This document shows, in pieces, positions 18,619-29,000 of a stretch of 32,000 nt of DNA. The first letter of the stretch is position 1; every line of letters begins with the position of its first letter. The notes below the pieces were generated by a model. The model saw only the letters and a list, made by a program, of their open reading frames with translations, did not search any database and was not told the DNA's origin. The DNA lies in NCBI RefSeq assembly GCF_000175255.2, contig NC_017262.1, positions 150,001 to 182,000 on the forward strand, given 5' to 3'. This DNA comes from Zymomonas mobilis subsp. mobilis ATCC 10988 (lineage in GTDB: Bacteria > Pseudomonadota > Alphaproteobacteria > Sphingomonadales > Sphingomonadaceae). The position numbers and the translations under genes were made by a program.

Positions 18619-20073
18619 ATGACTATATCCAAACTAGAAACATTGCCACAGCATGATCGTTCGATCAGATCATCCGCTCTAAATCCACGCCCTATTTTAC
18701 GACTACAGGCAATGAGAGCGGCAGAAATGGCAGCTATGAAATGCGGTAGCTCAGTAGATGATTTAATGGAAAAAGCCGGTAAGGTTGCCGCTTCTATCAC
18801 ACGTTCTTTTGCTGGGAACATGCCTGCTCTGATCCTTTGTGGCCCCGGCAACAATGGTGGCGATGGATATGTGGTTGCCCGTTATTTAGCAGAATGGGGG
18901 ATTCCTGTCTCGGTTGCAGCCTATAGTGAGCCAAAGACTGATGCAGCGAAAAAAGCCCGTTCTCTTTTCTCTGGTAAAGTTACTTCTTTGGATGAAGCCG
19001 AAGCGGCACCTTTGCTTATTGATGCTTTATTCGGTGTTGGCATGTCTCGGTCGTTGGATAATGCCCTATTATCAAAATTAACAGCTTTATCGAAAGCCGC
19101 CTCGTTGCGCATCGCTATTGACGTCCCAAGTGGGGTCGATACTGATAAAGGTAGTTTATTATCTGATATTCCGGCTTTTGATCTGACAATTGCTATCGGA
19201 GCATTAAAGCCGGCTCACCGTTTGGAACCGTCCGCAACTATTTGTGGTCGGGTTGCAGTCGGGGATATTGATCTGACCATATCAAATCCCGATCTGATTG
19301 AAATACCCAAACCCCGTTTGGCAGCACCAACACCTGCTGATTATAAGTATAGCAGAGGCTATGTTGCGATTACAGCTGGCGCTATGGCCGGAGCTTCGCT
19401 TTTGTCTGCAGTTGCCGCACAGCGGGCAGGGGCGGGTTATGTCGCTCTGTTAGGCGGTGAAACCATTTCTGGCCCCATGGCTTTGGTGCATCGTTCATGG
19501 AGCCGCGAAGCTTTAGCGGACGAACGTATCAATGCGCTTGTTATTGGCCCTGGACTAGGAAGAGATGAATTAGGCGTTCAACGCCTTTCCATGGCTTTAG
19601 ACACCTCTCATCCCTTGGTATTGGATGCGGATGCATTATTTTTATTAAGCCGTGAAGGCTTGGATTGCTTACGGAATATCCAACAACCAACAATTATTAC
19701 TCCCCATGAAGGCGAGTTTAAACGTCTGTTTGAAGGAATTAGTGGCGATAAGTTGACCCGAGTGACCAAAGCGGCGGCGTTATCGGGTTTGGTCGTCGTT
19801 TTGAAGGGGGCCGATACCGTTATTGCAACCCCTGATGGTCGTGCCGCGATTTCCCAACCTGCCGTTTCATGGTTGGCCAATGCCGGAACCGGTGATGTCC
19901 TTTCGGGTATCTGTGGTGCTATGTTAGCGCGCGGTATGGATCCCTTCGATGCCGCCTGTACCGCAGTGTGGTTGCATGGTGAAGCGGCACGCCTAGCTGG
20001 TCCCGGAATGATTGCTGATGACCTGATCCATCACCTTCGTTCAGCCTTTGTGGAAGTAACAGTAGCCTCATGA
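18619..20073 (+). CDS. nnr: Bifunctional NAD(P)H-hydrate epimerase / ADP-dependent NAD(P)H-hydrate dehydratase; start more likely at 18619 than ORF-track 18535
   Basis: MRAAEMAAMKCGSSVDDLMEKAG, LILCGPGNNGGDGYVVARYLAEWG (epimerase); LVIGPGLGRD, LDADALFLL, IITPHEGEFKRL, KGADTVIATPDGR, LANAGTGDVLSGICGAMLARG (dehydratase). Confidence 0.93.
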   Translation: MTISKLETLPQHDRSIRSSALNPRPILRLQAMRAAEMAAMKCGSSVDDLMEKAGKVAASITRSFAGNMPALILCGPGNNGGDGYVVARYLAEWGIPVSVAAYSEPKTDAAKKARSLFSGKVTSLDEAEAAPLLIDALFGVGMSRSLDNALLSKLTALSKAASLRIAIDVPSGVDTDKGSLLSDIPAFDLTIAIGALKPAHRLEPSATICGRVAVGDIDLTISNPDLIEIPKPRLAAPTPADYKYSRGYVAITAGAMAGASLLSAVAAQRAGAGYVALLGGETISGPMALVHRSWSREALADERINALVIGPGLGRDELGVQRLSMALDTSHPLVLDADALFLLSREGLDCLRNIQQPTIITPHEGEFKRLFEGISGDKLTRVTKAAALSGLVVVLKGADTVIATPDGRAAISQPAVSWLANAGTGDVLSGICGAMLARGMDPFDAACTAVWLHGEAARLAGPGMIADDLIHHLRSAFVEVTVAS

Positions 20074-21263
20074 AAAAAATTATACGCTTGGCATCAAAGG
20101 GAGACGGTGTGACTGAAGATGGGCAATTTGTCCCTAATTCGGTTCCCGATGACTATATATCCGATGATGGTAAATTAGAATTCGGGGCGCATCATATTGA
20201 ACCCGTTTGTCGGCATTTCTCTGTCTGCGGCGGTTGCCGTTTACAATATGCGGATGAAGAAGTTTATAAAAATTTTCTTACCGACCGGATAGCCGAGGCT
20301 TTCCATCAGCAAGCTTTATCGGCTCCCGTGTTAAAAACAGCTCATCTGTCGCCCCCGTATAGTCGTCGAAGAGTAGCCTTGAGAGCGTTTAAGGCCGGTA
20401 AAAAGCTGACCTTGGGCTATAACAAAACCTCTAGCCACCAATTGGTGGATATCGTTGAATGTCCTTTATTGGACAAAAATCTGTTTAAGGCCGCCATGGA
20501 TTTGCGCAGTTTTTTGCAAAAATGGCTGGCTCCACGATCTTTAGCACAGATAGAAATGACGTTAGCAGATCAAGGAATTGACTGCTTGCTCGTTATGCCA
20601 TTCCCTGAAACGCTTGAAGCAACCGAAGCAATTACCGCTTTTGCAGCAGAGAAAGGTTTCGCTCGTCTTTCAATCGACCAAGGCTATGGCGTTGAAACGC
20701 GTTGGGAATCGGAACGGGTTACTGTAACATTAGGCGCTGTACCTGTTGCGTTGCCCGCACATGCCTTTTTACAGGCGACCAAGGATGGCGAACAGACTTT
20801 AGTCCATATGGTCAAAGAGGCTGTTGGCGATGCCCGTTTTGTAGCTGACCTTTTTTCGGGTTTAGGAACCTTTGCCCTTTCTTTTGAAAAAGATAAACGC
20901 GTCTATGCCGCTGAAGGTATGCGTGATGCTGTTCTTGCTTTAAAACAGGCCGCAGCCCTTGCTGGAAAGGCTGTTTTTGTTGAGCATCGAGATCTATTCC
21001 GCCGCCCTTTACAAAAAGATGAGTTGGTTCGGTTCGAATGTATTATTCTTGATCCGCCAAGGGCTGGCGCCAAAGAGCAAATAGCCAATTTAGCCATATT
21101 GCCTAATGGACGGATTGTTTACGTTTCTTGTAACCCTGCAACCTTTGCCCGTGACGCTAAAACACTTTTGGAAGCTGGATGGGTATTGCATTGGGTGAAG
21201 CCAGTTGGCCAATTCCCATGGTCCTTGCATGTTGAAATGGTCGGACTTTTTACAAAAATGTAA
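20070..21263 (+). CDS. Class I SAM-dependent RNA m5U methyltransferase, RlmD/RumA-like (TrmA/RumA family)
   Basis: 397 aa; Fe-S cysteines CRHFSVCGGCRLQ...CPLL, FLQ, VADLFSGLGTFALSF, DPPRAGAKEQI, VSCNPATFARDAKTL; start overlaps upstream stop by 4 bp. Confidence 0.9.
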   Translation: MKKIIRLASKGDGVTEDGQFVPNSVPDDYISDDGKLEFGAHHIEPVCRHFSVCGGCRLQYADEEVYKNFLTDRIAEAFHQQALSAPVLKTAHLSPPYSRRRVALRAFKAGKKLTLGYNKTSSHQLVDIVECPLLDKNLFKAAMDLRSFLQKWLAPRSLAQIEMTLADQGIDCLLVMPFPETLEATEAITAFAAEKGFARLSIDQGYGVETRWESERVTVTLGAVPVALPAHAFLQATKDGEQTLVHMVKEAVGDARFVADLFSGLGTFALSFEKDKRVYAAEGMRDAVLALKQAAALAGKAVFVEHRDLFRRPLQKDELVRFECIILDPPRAGAKEQIANLAILPNGRIVYVSCNPATFARDAKTLLEAGWVLHWVKPVGQFPWSLHVEMVGLFTKM

Positions 21264-21317
21264 AATTTATGGTATGATCTTACCCCAATATTTTATGGTA
21301 ATAAAGGCAACAGCGGA

Positions 21318-21692
21318 ATGCAAAACGATCAGGATTATGGAAATAAATTAAATCCTGCATGGGATGAAAAGGGTTTAATTACAGCCGTTTTGACCGATGC
21401 AAAGACCGGCCTTTTATTGATGGTCGCCCATATGAACAAAGAATCCTTTGAACTGAGTATGGCAACCAAAGAGGCTACCTTCTGGTCACGCTCTCGCAAA
21501 AAGATCTGGCGCAAGGGAGAAGAATCCGGTCATGTTATGAAAATACAGGAAATTCGTATTGATTGTGATCAGGATACCCTTTGGTTGAAAGTTATCCCTA
21601 TGGGACCGGCCTGCCATACAGGTGCACAAAGTTGTTTTTATCGGTTAGTCGAAGATGGACATCTGGTAACAATACCCAAAGATAAAATATAA
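21318..21692 (+). CDS. hisI: Phosphoribosyl-AMP cyclohydrolase
   Basis: 124 aa; MNKESFELSMATKEATFWSRSRKKIWRKGEESGHVMKIQEIRIDCDQDTLWLKV...GPACHTGAQSCFYR. Confidence 0.96.
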   Translation: MQNDQDYGNKLNPAWDEKGLITAVLTDAKTGLLLMVAHMNKESFELSMATKEATFWSRSRKKIWRKGEESGHVMKIQEIRIDCDQDTLWLKVIPMGPACHTGAQSCFYRLVEDGHLVTIPKDKI

Positions 21693-21719
21693 GAACCAAT
21701 AGAATATAGGGGAAAAAGC

Positions 21720-22445
21720 ATGGCAAGCCAGACGATTATGATCGTCGAAGACGATGCTTCTTTACGAGCGTTAATTGCTCGCGTGCTGAAAGAGAATGGC
21801 TACATACCTTGTCCAGTAGGCTCTGGCGAAGAAATGTGGGAAGAGTTACAAAGCCGAACGGTCGATCTTATTTTAATGGATGTCATGCTGCCTGGTAAAA
21901 ACGGGTTGGATCTAACTCGCGAATTACGCAGCAACAGCCAATATATGGCAATTCCGGTTATTTTCTTGAGTGCGCGCGATGACGAAACTGATCGAGTTGT
22001 CGGATTAGAACTGGGTGGGGATGATTATATCCCGAAGCCTTTTGGTAAAAAAGAATTGGTAGCAAGAGTTCGTGCCGTTTTGCGACGCAGTCAAGCGGTT
22101 AAAGAAGCGGATGGGAATCCACAAAGTCACCTTATTCATTTTGAAGGCTGGGTACTTGACCCTGACCGCCGTGAACTTCATTCTCCGACAGGGGCTGGCG
22201 TCGAATTGTCAGGTGCCGAATTTGATCTGCTCTTATCCTTTTTACAACATGCACAACGAGTGATCGGACGCGAAAGGCTGTTAGAATTATCTCGCAGTCG
22301 GCTAAGCGAGGCTTCTGACCGAAGTATTGATGTTTTAGTCAGTCGATTGCGTCGTAAACTGTCTAGCCAAACAGAGGCTGGTGACATGATACGCACCATT
22401 CGCGGGGTCGGCTATATGTTTACAGTACCGGTTTCTCAGGATTGA
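21720..22445 (+). CDS. OmpR/PhoB-family two-component response regulator
   Basis: 241 aa; receiver IMIVEDDASLRALIARVL, LILMDVMLPGKNGLDLTRELR, IFLSARDDETDRVVGLELGGDDYIPKPF; winged-helix VLVSRLRRKL...IRTIRGVGYMF. Confidence 0.96.
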   Translation: MASQTIMIVEDDASLRALIARVLKENGYIPCPVGSGEEMWEELQSRTVDLILMDVMLPGKNGLDLTRELRSNSQYMAIPVIFLSARDDETDRVVGLELGGDDYIPKPFGKKELVARVRAVLRRSQAVKEADGNPQSHLIHFEGWVLDPDRRELHSPTGAGVELSGAEFDLLLSFLQHAQRVIGRERLLELSRSRLSEASDRSIDVLVSRLRRKLSSQTEAGDMIRTIRGVGYMFTVPVSQD

Positions 22446-23860
22446 GGTGGCCTCATAATCTTTTTCGGCAGCTTTCGCCGGGTTTAGCCGGAAGGATTGC
22501 AATTGTTCTTTTGGCAACGATGTTGCTTGAATTACTGCTCAGCCTCGTCTTTTCGGAAGAGGCGAGCCAACTTACCTATGTTGCGGATGCCACTCAGGCT
22601 ATTACCGAACGGGTGCTGGTCGCAAGGCGGATTATCAGTCAGGATAGGCCGTCACGACGTCCGATGATTGCCAATAATTTTTCCAATCGAGAAATCCGTT
22701 TTTTTTGGTCTCGTGATCAAATTAAACATATTCATATCAATAGCGACAGCCATCTGGTTGATCTGATCCAAGGTCAAATTCTAAGCCACGATTCCCAAAT
22801 ATTGCCTATGGATATTCATATAGATCTTGCCCCTAAATTGGGACGGGATCACTTATTGGGTCAAATAAAGCTATCCGATGGAAGCTGGCTAGTTTTCCAA
22901 ACATTGGTACCCAATCCAGCTATGCCTTGGCTAACTAATCGCCTCACAACAGCTATCATTCTTGTTATTGGCGCTGGATTAGTCGGTGGATTAATCATCC
23001 AAGCCTTTGTGACGCCCTTACGCTCTCTCTCCAAAGCCGTTGCCAAGGTTGGTGATGGGAAACAGCATATATTCAAAGAAACAGGACCTAAAGAATTACG
23101 GCATGTCGCGCAGGCCTTTAACCAGATGCAAATGCGCATTGAGCATATGCTACGGGAAAGAACCGAAATGCTGGCCGCCGTTAGCCATGATTTACGGACA
23201 CCACTTGCCCGTTTGCAATTACGGGCAAGTTTTATTGAAGAAGATGACATCCGTGAAGCTGTAGAGGCTGACCTTCAAGAGATGGCCACGATGATTAAAT
23301 CTGTCCTGCAATTTCTGCGCGGTGATCAAGATCCTGAAGTTAAAAGATTAACCGATATTGTGGCGATTATCGAAACCTTGGTCAATGCAGCTAAAGATGC
23401 AGGAAAAGATATTTCTTATGAAGGACCTTCCCATTACGATGTAACAACTCGCCCTCTTCTTATGAAACGCGCCATTAGTAATCTGATCGAAAATGCTCTT
23501 CATTATGGAAAAAAGGCGATTGTTCGCTTCCATCATGATGAAAATGGAGTGTATATCCAAGTTGATGATGCCGGACCCGGTATTCCAGAAGATCAGATCG
23601 AACAAGTCTTGCAACCTTTCCGGCGATTGGATACAGCCCGCCAACGCAATACGGCTGGCCTTGGGTTAGGATTGGCGACTGTCGATCGGACGGTAAAAAG
23701 AGAAGAGGGCAAACTGTCTCTAACCAATCTTCAAGAAGGCGGTTTACGAGCAGAAATATTTCTGCCAGCAGCGCAGAATAAAATACGTAAAAAGGATGGG
23801 GGAAAAGGCTATTATTTTTCAGCACGCAAAGGATTGGAACTGCTTCGTCGGCCAAAATAA
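22442..23860 (+). CDS. EnvZ-like sensor histidine kinase, TTG start
   Basis: 472 aa; two TM segments, HAMP region, H-box MLAAVSHDLRTPLARLQLR, N-box NLIENALHYGKK, DDAGPGIP, GLGLGLATVDRTVKREEGKLSL; overlaps regulator by 4 bp (ttga). Confidence 0.95.
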   Translation: MRWPHNLFRQLSPGLAGRIAIVLLATMLLELLLSLVFSEEASQLTYVADATQAITERVLVARRIISQDRPSRRPMIANNFSNREIRFFWSRDQIKHIHINSDSHLVDLIQGQILSHDSQILPMDIHIDLAPKLGRDHLLGQIKLSDGSWLVFQTLVPNPAMPWLTNRLTTAIILVIGAGLVGGLIIQAFVTPLRSLSKAVAKVGDGKQHIFKETGPKELRHVAQAFNQMQMRIEHMLRERTEMLAAVSHDLRTPLARLQLRASFIEEDDIREAVEADLQEMATMIKSVLQFLRGDQDPEVKRLTDIVAIIETLVNAAKDAGKDISYEGPSHYDVTTRPLLMKRAISNLIENALHYGKKAIVRFHHDENGVYIQVDDAGPGIPEDQIEQVLQPFRRLDTARQRNTAGLGLGLATVDRTVKREEGKLSLTNLQEGGLRAEIFLPAAQNKIRKKDGGKGYYFSARKGLELLRRPK

Positions 23861-26076
23861 TGCTTTTTAGACATTATTTCCGTCAAATACATCGAATATG
23901 TTTACTTTCTGTTGGGTTGATATCGCTTTCAGCCCATGCTGAAGACGTATCCACTCCAAAAACAGATAGCGGTAATAAAGCAGCGTCACCTAATCCTGCC
24001 ATTGACCCTTTTGATCCGTCATTTTTTGATCATTTGCCGACGTTATCCCAACCTTCCATAGAAGCCTCTAAAGCAGATGGATCATCCCATTTACCCTTAA
24101 GAACATCAGAATCTTCATCTCAAGGAGAAAATTCTAATGGCAGAGGGGTTAAAGCTTTAGACACCGAAACTGTTTCAGATCCGAAGAACCTCTTGGCTAA
24201 TTCTGACGCATCAGAAGAAAAAACGGCACAGAATATCGAAGAGACAACTTCTGTTACGCTTGATCCTGCCTTATCAGAACCACTGCCCGACCTTTCTCAC
24301 TTTATGCCTGATATGAATGAACATGTGGTTCTTGCCAAAGAAAGTGACGACCTCCGATACAAGGTAGATGCCAAAGGTCTCAGCAATATCGATACTGATC
24401 AGGCTTTCAAAAACTATTCTGTTTTACTATCGAATAAGAATAAGGCCGATAGCCTATCGGTTATTGGTGCTAGAGCAACCAATGACCAAGAGTTGATTAA
24501 CCGGATTTTACGATCTCAAGGCTATTATGATGGCAAGGCAGCTCTTTCTATTACTCCGATAGAAAAAGGGCAGTATAATGTTCGCTATGATGTCAATGCA
24601 GGTTCGATCTACAAGCTAGGACAAATAAATTTGACCGGCAGTGAGGATGAACCTCTAAGAATTGCCCGCGTCGCATTAAATTTGCATAGAGGGGATCCGA
24701 TTATTGCGACCCATATAGAGCAGGCTGAAAATAATATTCTCATAACTCTGCCGCATTATGGTTATCCTTTTGCAAAAATTGGCGATCGGACAATCCTGCT
24801 GGATGATGAAACGCATACAGGTGACTATACATTACCCGTAAATGCAGGAAATATTGGATCTTACGGTTCTATTATCGTTAGCAACAATAAGCATATTGTT
24901 CTGGATGCCAAACACATCTCTCATATTGCGCGTTTTAAAGAAGGTCAGCGCTATGATAGCCAGATGGTTGATGATCTCCGCCAAGCTCTAGCGGCAACCA
25001 GTCTATTTTCTTATGTTTCAGTTGAACCCATTGCAACAGGCCGAAAACGCGAAGATGGAAGCGAAATTGTGGATCTCGACGTTAGGCAGGGACGAGGAAA
25101 GAAACACAGCATTGCTGTTACGGGTGGTTATGGCACGGGTGAGGGCTTTAAGGCGCAAGGTAGCTGGATCAGCCGTAATTATTTCCCACCCGAGGGATCA
25201 TTAACTTTTTCGGGGATTTTGGGGACTCGCCAACAACAGCTTTCTGCTCTCTTTAACCGAAATAATGCTGGGGCAAGAGACCGTGTTATTCAAATTGGTT
25301 TGACTGCAGGTCGGGAGAGATACGACGCTTATAATGGTTATAGCTTTTCTCTCGGAGGGAGCTTGTCGCGACAATCTACCCAGTTATGGCAAAAGCGCTG
25401 GACTTATTCTATCGGAGCAGAATTAACACAGACCAACGAGCGGAGTTATGATTTCTCTCGATCCGAAAGATTAACCCGTTCTTATCTGATCGCGGCGCTT
25501 CCCGGACAATTGGGATATGACCGCTCCAACAATCTGATGAATCCAACTAAAGGTTACCGCTTGAATATGCGTTTGAGTCCTGAAACTTCAATCGGTTCTG
25601 GGCTACGTGGCTATGTCCGAATGCTTTTCGATGCGAGCGGTTACTACCCTGTAGCAGATAATGTTGTGCTGGCTGGTCGGTTTCGCGTTGCCTCTATTGA
25701 AGGTGCCTCGGTTCAAGAACTGGCGCCCTCTCGTCGGATTTATGCAGGTGGCGGCGGCTCTGTCCGTGGCTATGGTTATCAGCAGTTAGGCCCCAAAGAC
25801 CCATATAAAGATGCCGTGGGCGGACTGTCCGAAGAAGAGCTTGCTTTCGAAGTGCGTTACCGTTTTGGTAATTTTGGTCTTGTGCCTTTCATTGATGCAG
25901 GGCAGGTATATGAAGACGCTATCCCAACCTTCCATAATTTAAGATTTGGTACTGGTTTGGGTGCTCGTTACTACACCGCTTTTGGTCCTTTCCGCATTGA
26001 TCTTGCGACACCTATAGCTCGGCAGCCTGGAGAATCGCGTATTTCAGTATATATTTCGATCGGTCAGGCTTTCTAA
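23860..26076 (+). CDS. BamA/TamA-family outer membrane protein with POTRA and surface-antigen barrel domains
   Basis: 738 aa; signal-like MLFRHYFRQIHRICLLSVGLISLSAHA, POTRA-like INRILRSQGYYDGKAALSI / LPHYGYPFAKIGDR / DDLRQALAATSLFSYVSVEP, barrel GYGTGEGFKAQGSWISRNYF, AGGGGSVRGYGYQQLGPKD, PFIDAGQVYEDA, C-terminal GQAF. Confidence 0.92.
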   Translation: MLFRHYFRQIHRICLLSVGLISLSAHAEDVSTPKTDSGNKAASPNPAIDPFDPSFFDHLPTLSQPSIEASKADGSSHLPLRTSESSSQGENSNGRGVKALDTETVSDPKNLLANSDASEEKTAQNIEETTSVTLDPALSEPLPDLSHFMPDMNEHVVLAKESDDLRYKVDAKGLSNIDTDQAFKNYSVLLSNKNKADSLSVIGARATNDQELINRILRSQGYYDGKAALSITPIEKGQYNVRYDVNAGSIYKLGQINLTGSEDEPLRIARVALNLHRGDPIIATHIEQAENNILITLPHYGYPFAKIGDRTILLDDETHTGDYTLPVNAGNIGSYGSIIVSNNKHIVLDAKHISHIARFKEGQRYDSQMVDDLRQALAATSLFSYVSVEPIATGRKREDGSEIVDLDVRQGRGKKHSIAVTGGYGTGEGFKAQGSWISRNYFPPEGSLTFSGILGTRQQQLSALFNRNNAGARDRVIQIGLTAGRERYDAYNGYSFSLGGSLSRQSTQLWQKRWTYSIGAELTQTNERSYDFSRSERLTRSYLIAALPGQLGYDRSNNLMNPTKGYRLNMRLSPETSIGSGLRGYVRMLFDASGYYPVADNVVLAGRFRVASIEGASVQELAPSRRIYAGGGGSVRGYGYQQLGPKDPYKDAVGGLSEEELAFEVRYRFGNFGLVPFIDAGQVYEDAIPTFHNLRFGTGLGARYYTAFGPFRIDLATPIARQPGESRISVYISIGQAF

Positions 26077-29000
26077 TGGCGGATCAAAATTACAATCCAG
26101 AAAGACAAGAAAATTCTTCGGATTCTATTAAGGAAAAGAACCCGAATATAGTCGCACAACCTGAAAACACCGAAGCAAATCCAAATAAGACATCACCATT
26201 TCAAAATTTGAAACATATTTTGGGATGGGGATGCGTCTTTCTGAGTGGGATTGCGCTTTTTATTATCGCGCTTATTTTGTTTCTAGATACGTCTACTGGC
26301 CATCAGCTTATTGTTCGTTATATCAATAAATACACAACAGAATCAGGCTTAAAAGTTAAAATACAGCGTATCGATGGTTCTATTTATCAGGCCTTTCGTT
26401 TGGTCGATATCGAGGCTTATGATCAGCGTGGGCGTTTCCTTGATGCACCTTCACTATTTGTCGAATGGCGGCCATTGGATTATCGCTACGGTATTATCAC
26501 TATCAAAAAACTCCATGCGCCTAGAATTGAAGTCTTACGAAATCCAGAACTAAAACCGACAAAATCAAATCCTGATGCGCCTTTGTTGCCTGACATCCAT
26601 TTGGATATCGATCAGATACATTTAGATAGAATAGATATTTCTAAAAATCTGGATGGCCAAAATCATCGTTTGCACATGCATGGCCGGCTTGCTTTGATAA
26701 AAGGGCAGATAACCGTCAAGGCGGAGGCTGGAGCTGACAAAGGACAAGATATCAGCGGCGGAGATACACTCTCTTTACAATTTGATGCTAAACCAACGGC
26801 TAACCTTCTGATTGTTGAAGCGCATTTGCATGCGCCTGTCGGCGGGGTTGTAGATGGCCTGACCCGCCTTGGTAAACCGCTTACGATGGATACCGCTGGA
26901 AAAGGAAATTGGCAAGATTGGCGCGGGTATATTCAAGCACAATCGGGCGATAAGAAATTACTGGATTGGCAAATACATAATAAAGATGGGTCTGTTCATC
27001 TGGATGGGGCGGTTTATCCCAGTGAATTATTACCAGATCAGCCTTCGTTGCAGGCTTTCTTTAAGAAAGGCTTACAGATTGATCTGACGACCCATAATCA
27101 TAAAAACGTTGTCGATATTCGAGGGGCTATTACCGGAGAAATGTTCCGCCTTACTGCCCTTGGGGGTGTCGATTGGAAATCGAGCCGCTTTAATAACATG
27201 TCAGTCGATTTGGCTATTCCCAATAGTCAAAAATTCCTTGGCGATGATTTATCCTTTAAGAACTTTACATTTTCTTCAGTGTTATCGGGTCTTGTCAGAT
27301 CGCCTAACATTGATTGGCGGTTAAAGGCTGGTCAGATTGGTTGGCAGGAGAAGATTGCCGAGAACATTCAATCCAGAGGTAAGATGCTTGTAGATGGCGA
27401 TCATTTATCCATGCCTATGGGATTATCTGTTGGAAAAATTTCAGGTCTTGATCCGCGCTTAGTCAATCTACTGGAAAATTTAAAAATAGAAGGTGCGATC
27501 AATTATGGTGATCATGTTTTGCGAGTTGATCACAGCAATATAAGTAGTCGATATATTCATGCGAACACCACCATCATCACCGATTTGGTAACAAAAAAAT
27601 GGCGTGCGGCGGTTAAAGGCGGGATTGATCCGTATAAAATAGACGGTATTGGCCGATTAAGCCTGACAATTGATAGTCATCTTCAGCCCGAAAAAAATGG
27701 GGGGCTAGGCATGGTCGGCGAGATGATGATCAAGGGACGTGATTGGCAGAAACCAGCTTTGGCAAAAGCTTTTGGTGGTGAAGCTGTTTTACGGACAGAT
27801 ATGATCGCCAATGCCATGGGTAATATAAGAATGCCAAGATTTAGCCTTGCTTCTCCAGAATTCCATCTAGAGGGTAACGGTGGATACCAGCCTAAAGGCA
27901 ATATCAATCTTTTTGTTCGGGGTAAGTCAAAAAGCTATGGTGCCATGACTCTTGATGTCGGGGGTATGGTTTCTCATCCTGTAATCAAGGCAACGGCTTT
28001 GGGTCTGACCGTTAATGGCAATTTGGCTCAAACAAAAAGTAACCTTTATCACGGGCAATTTGAACTGAACGGGCGGGGATTGGATGGTATCATTCGCTTG
28101 ACAGAAGAACAGGCAACACAAGCCGTTAATGCCGATATTGCTATCGACAAAGCCCGTTTCGTCTATAGTCAGCCAATTGACATTGAAAGTGGACGGCTAA
28201 GAGGAAAGGCTGTTTTTTCAACAGATCCGGCTTTTCAAGTTGAAGCCTTGCTGAATAATATTCGCTATAATGATTTTCTATTAAAGCAAGCTGCTGGACG
28301 CGCTTTTTATCAAAAAGAGCAAGGGGAGGGGGGGCTCACTTTACAGGGAAATCTACCTGCAGCGGGCGCTTCTCCCGTTCCATTTAATGCAGCTATTCAC
28401 AGCAGTTTTTCTGCGGATGTCATTAGAGCCAACGCGCAAGGAAATGTCGCCCATCTCAACTGGCATATGGCTGCGCCTGTTGAAATCCGTTCTGGTAAAA
28501 ATGGCTATGACATATCAAAAATAGTAATCCAGCTTCCCAAAGGACATATCGATCTATCCGGCCATTATGGTGGGCAAAATAGTTATGCCGCACTTCAAAT
28601 TGCCGATATCGATTTATCTGAAGCCAATCTATTGTGGCCTGAAATCAATTTAAGTGGTCAACTGTCGGCCGTAGCAAACGCTGATTTGACGGGTAATATT
28701 CCTCAGATATCCGCTCGCTTGGCTTTAAATAATTTTACACGAGTTTCTGTCACCGGATTATCTCAACCTGTTAATTTGGTCGTGGCCGCTACCAATGATA
28801 AAAATGGTTTGGTTTCTGAAGCTGTAATCCGCCAAAAACAGACAATGATTGGGCAAATGCGCCTAGGCGTTACGCCTAATTATGCTCCTGAAAAACAACA
28901 TAAAGTTGATTGGATAGAAGCCTTAAGAAAAGGCCGATTAAGCGGAGGCATTCGCTATAATGCTGATGCCGATATTCTATGGTCAATGAGTGGTGTCAGT

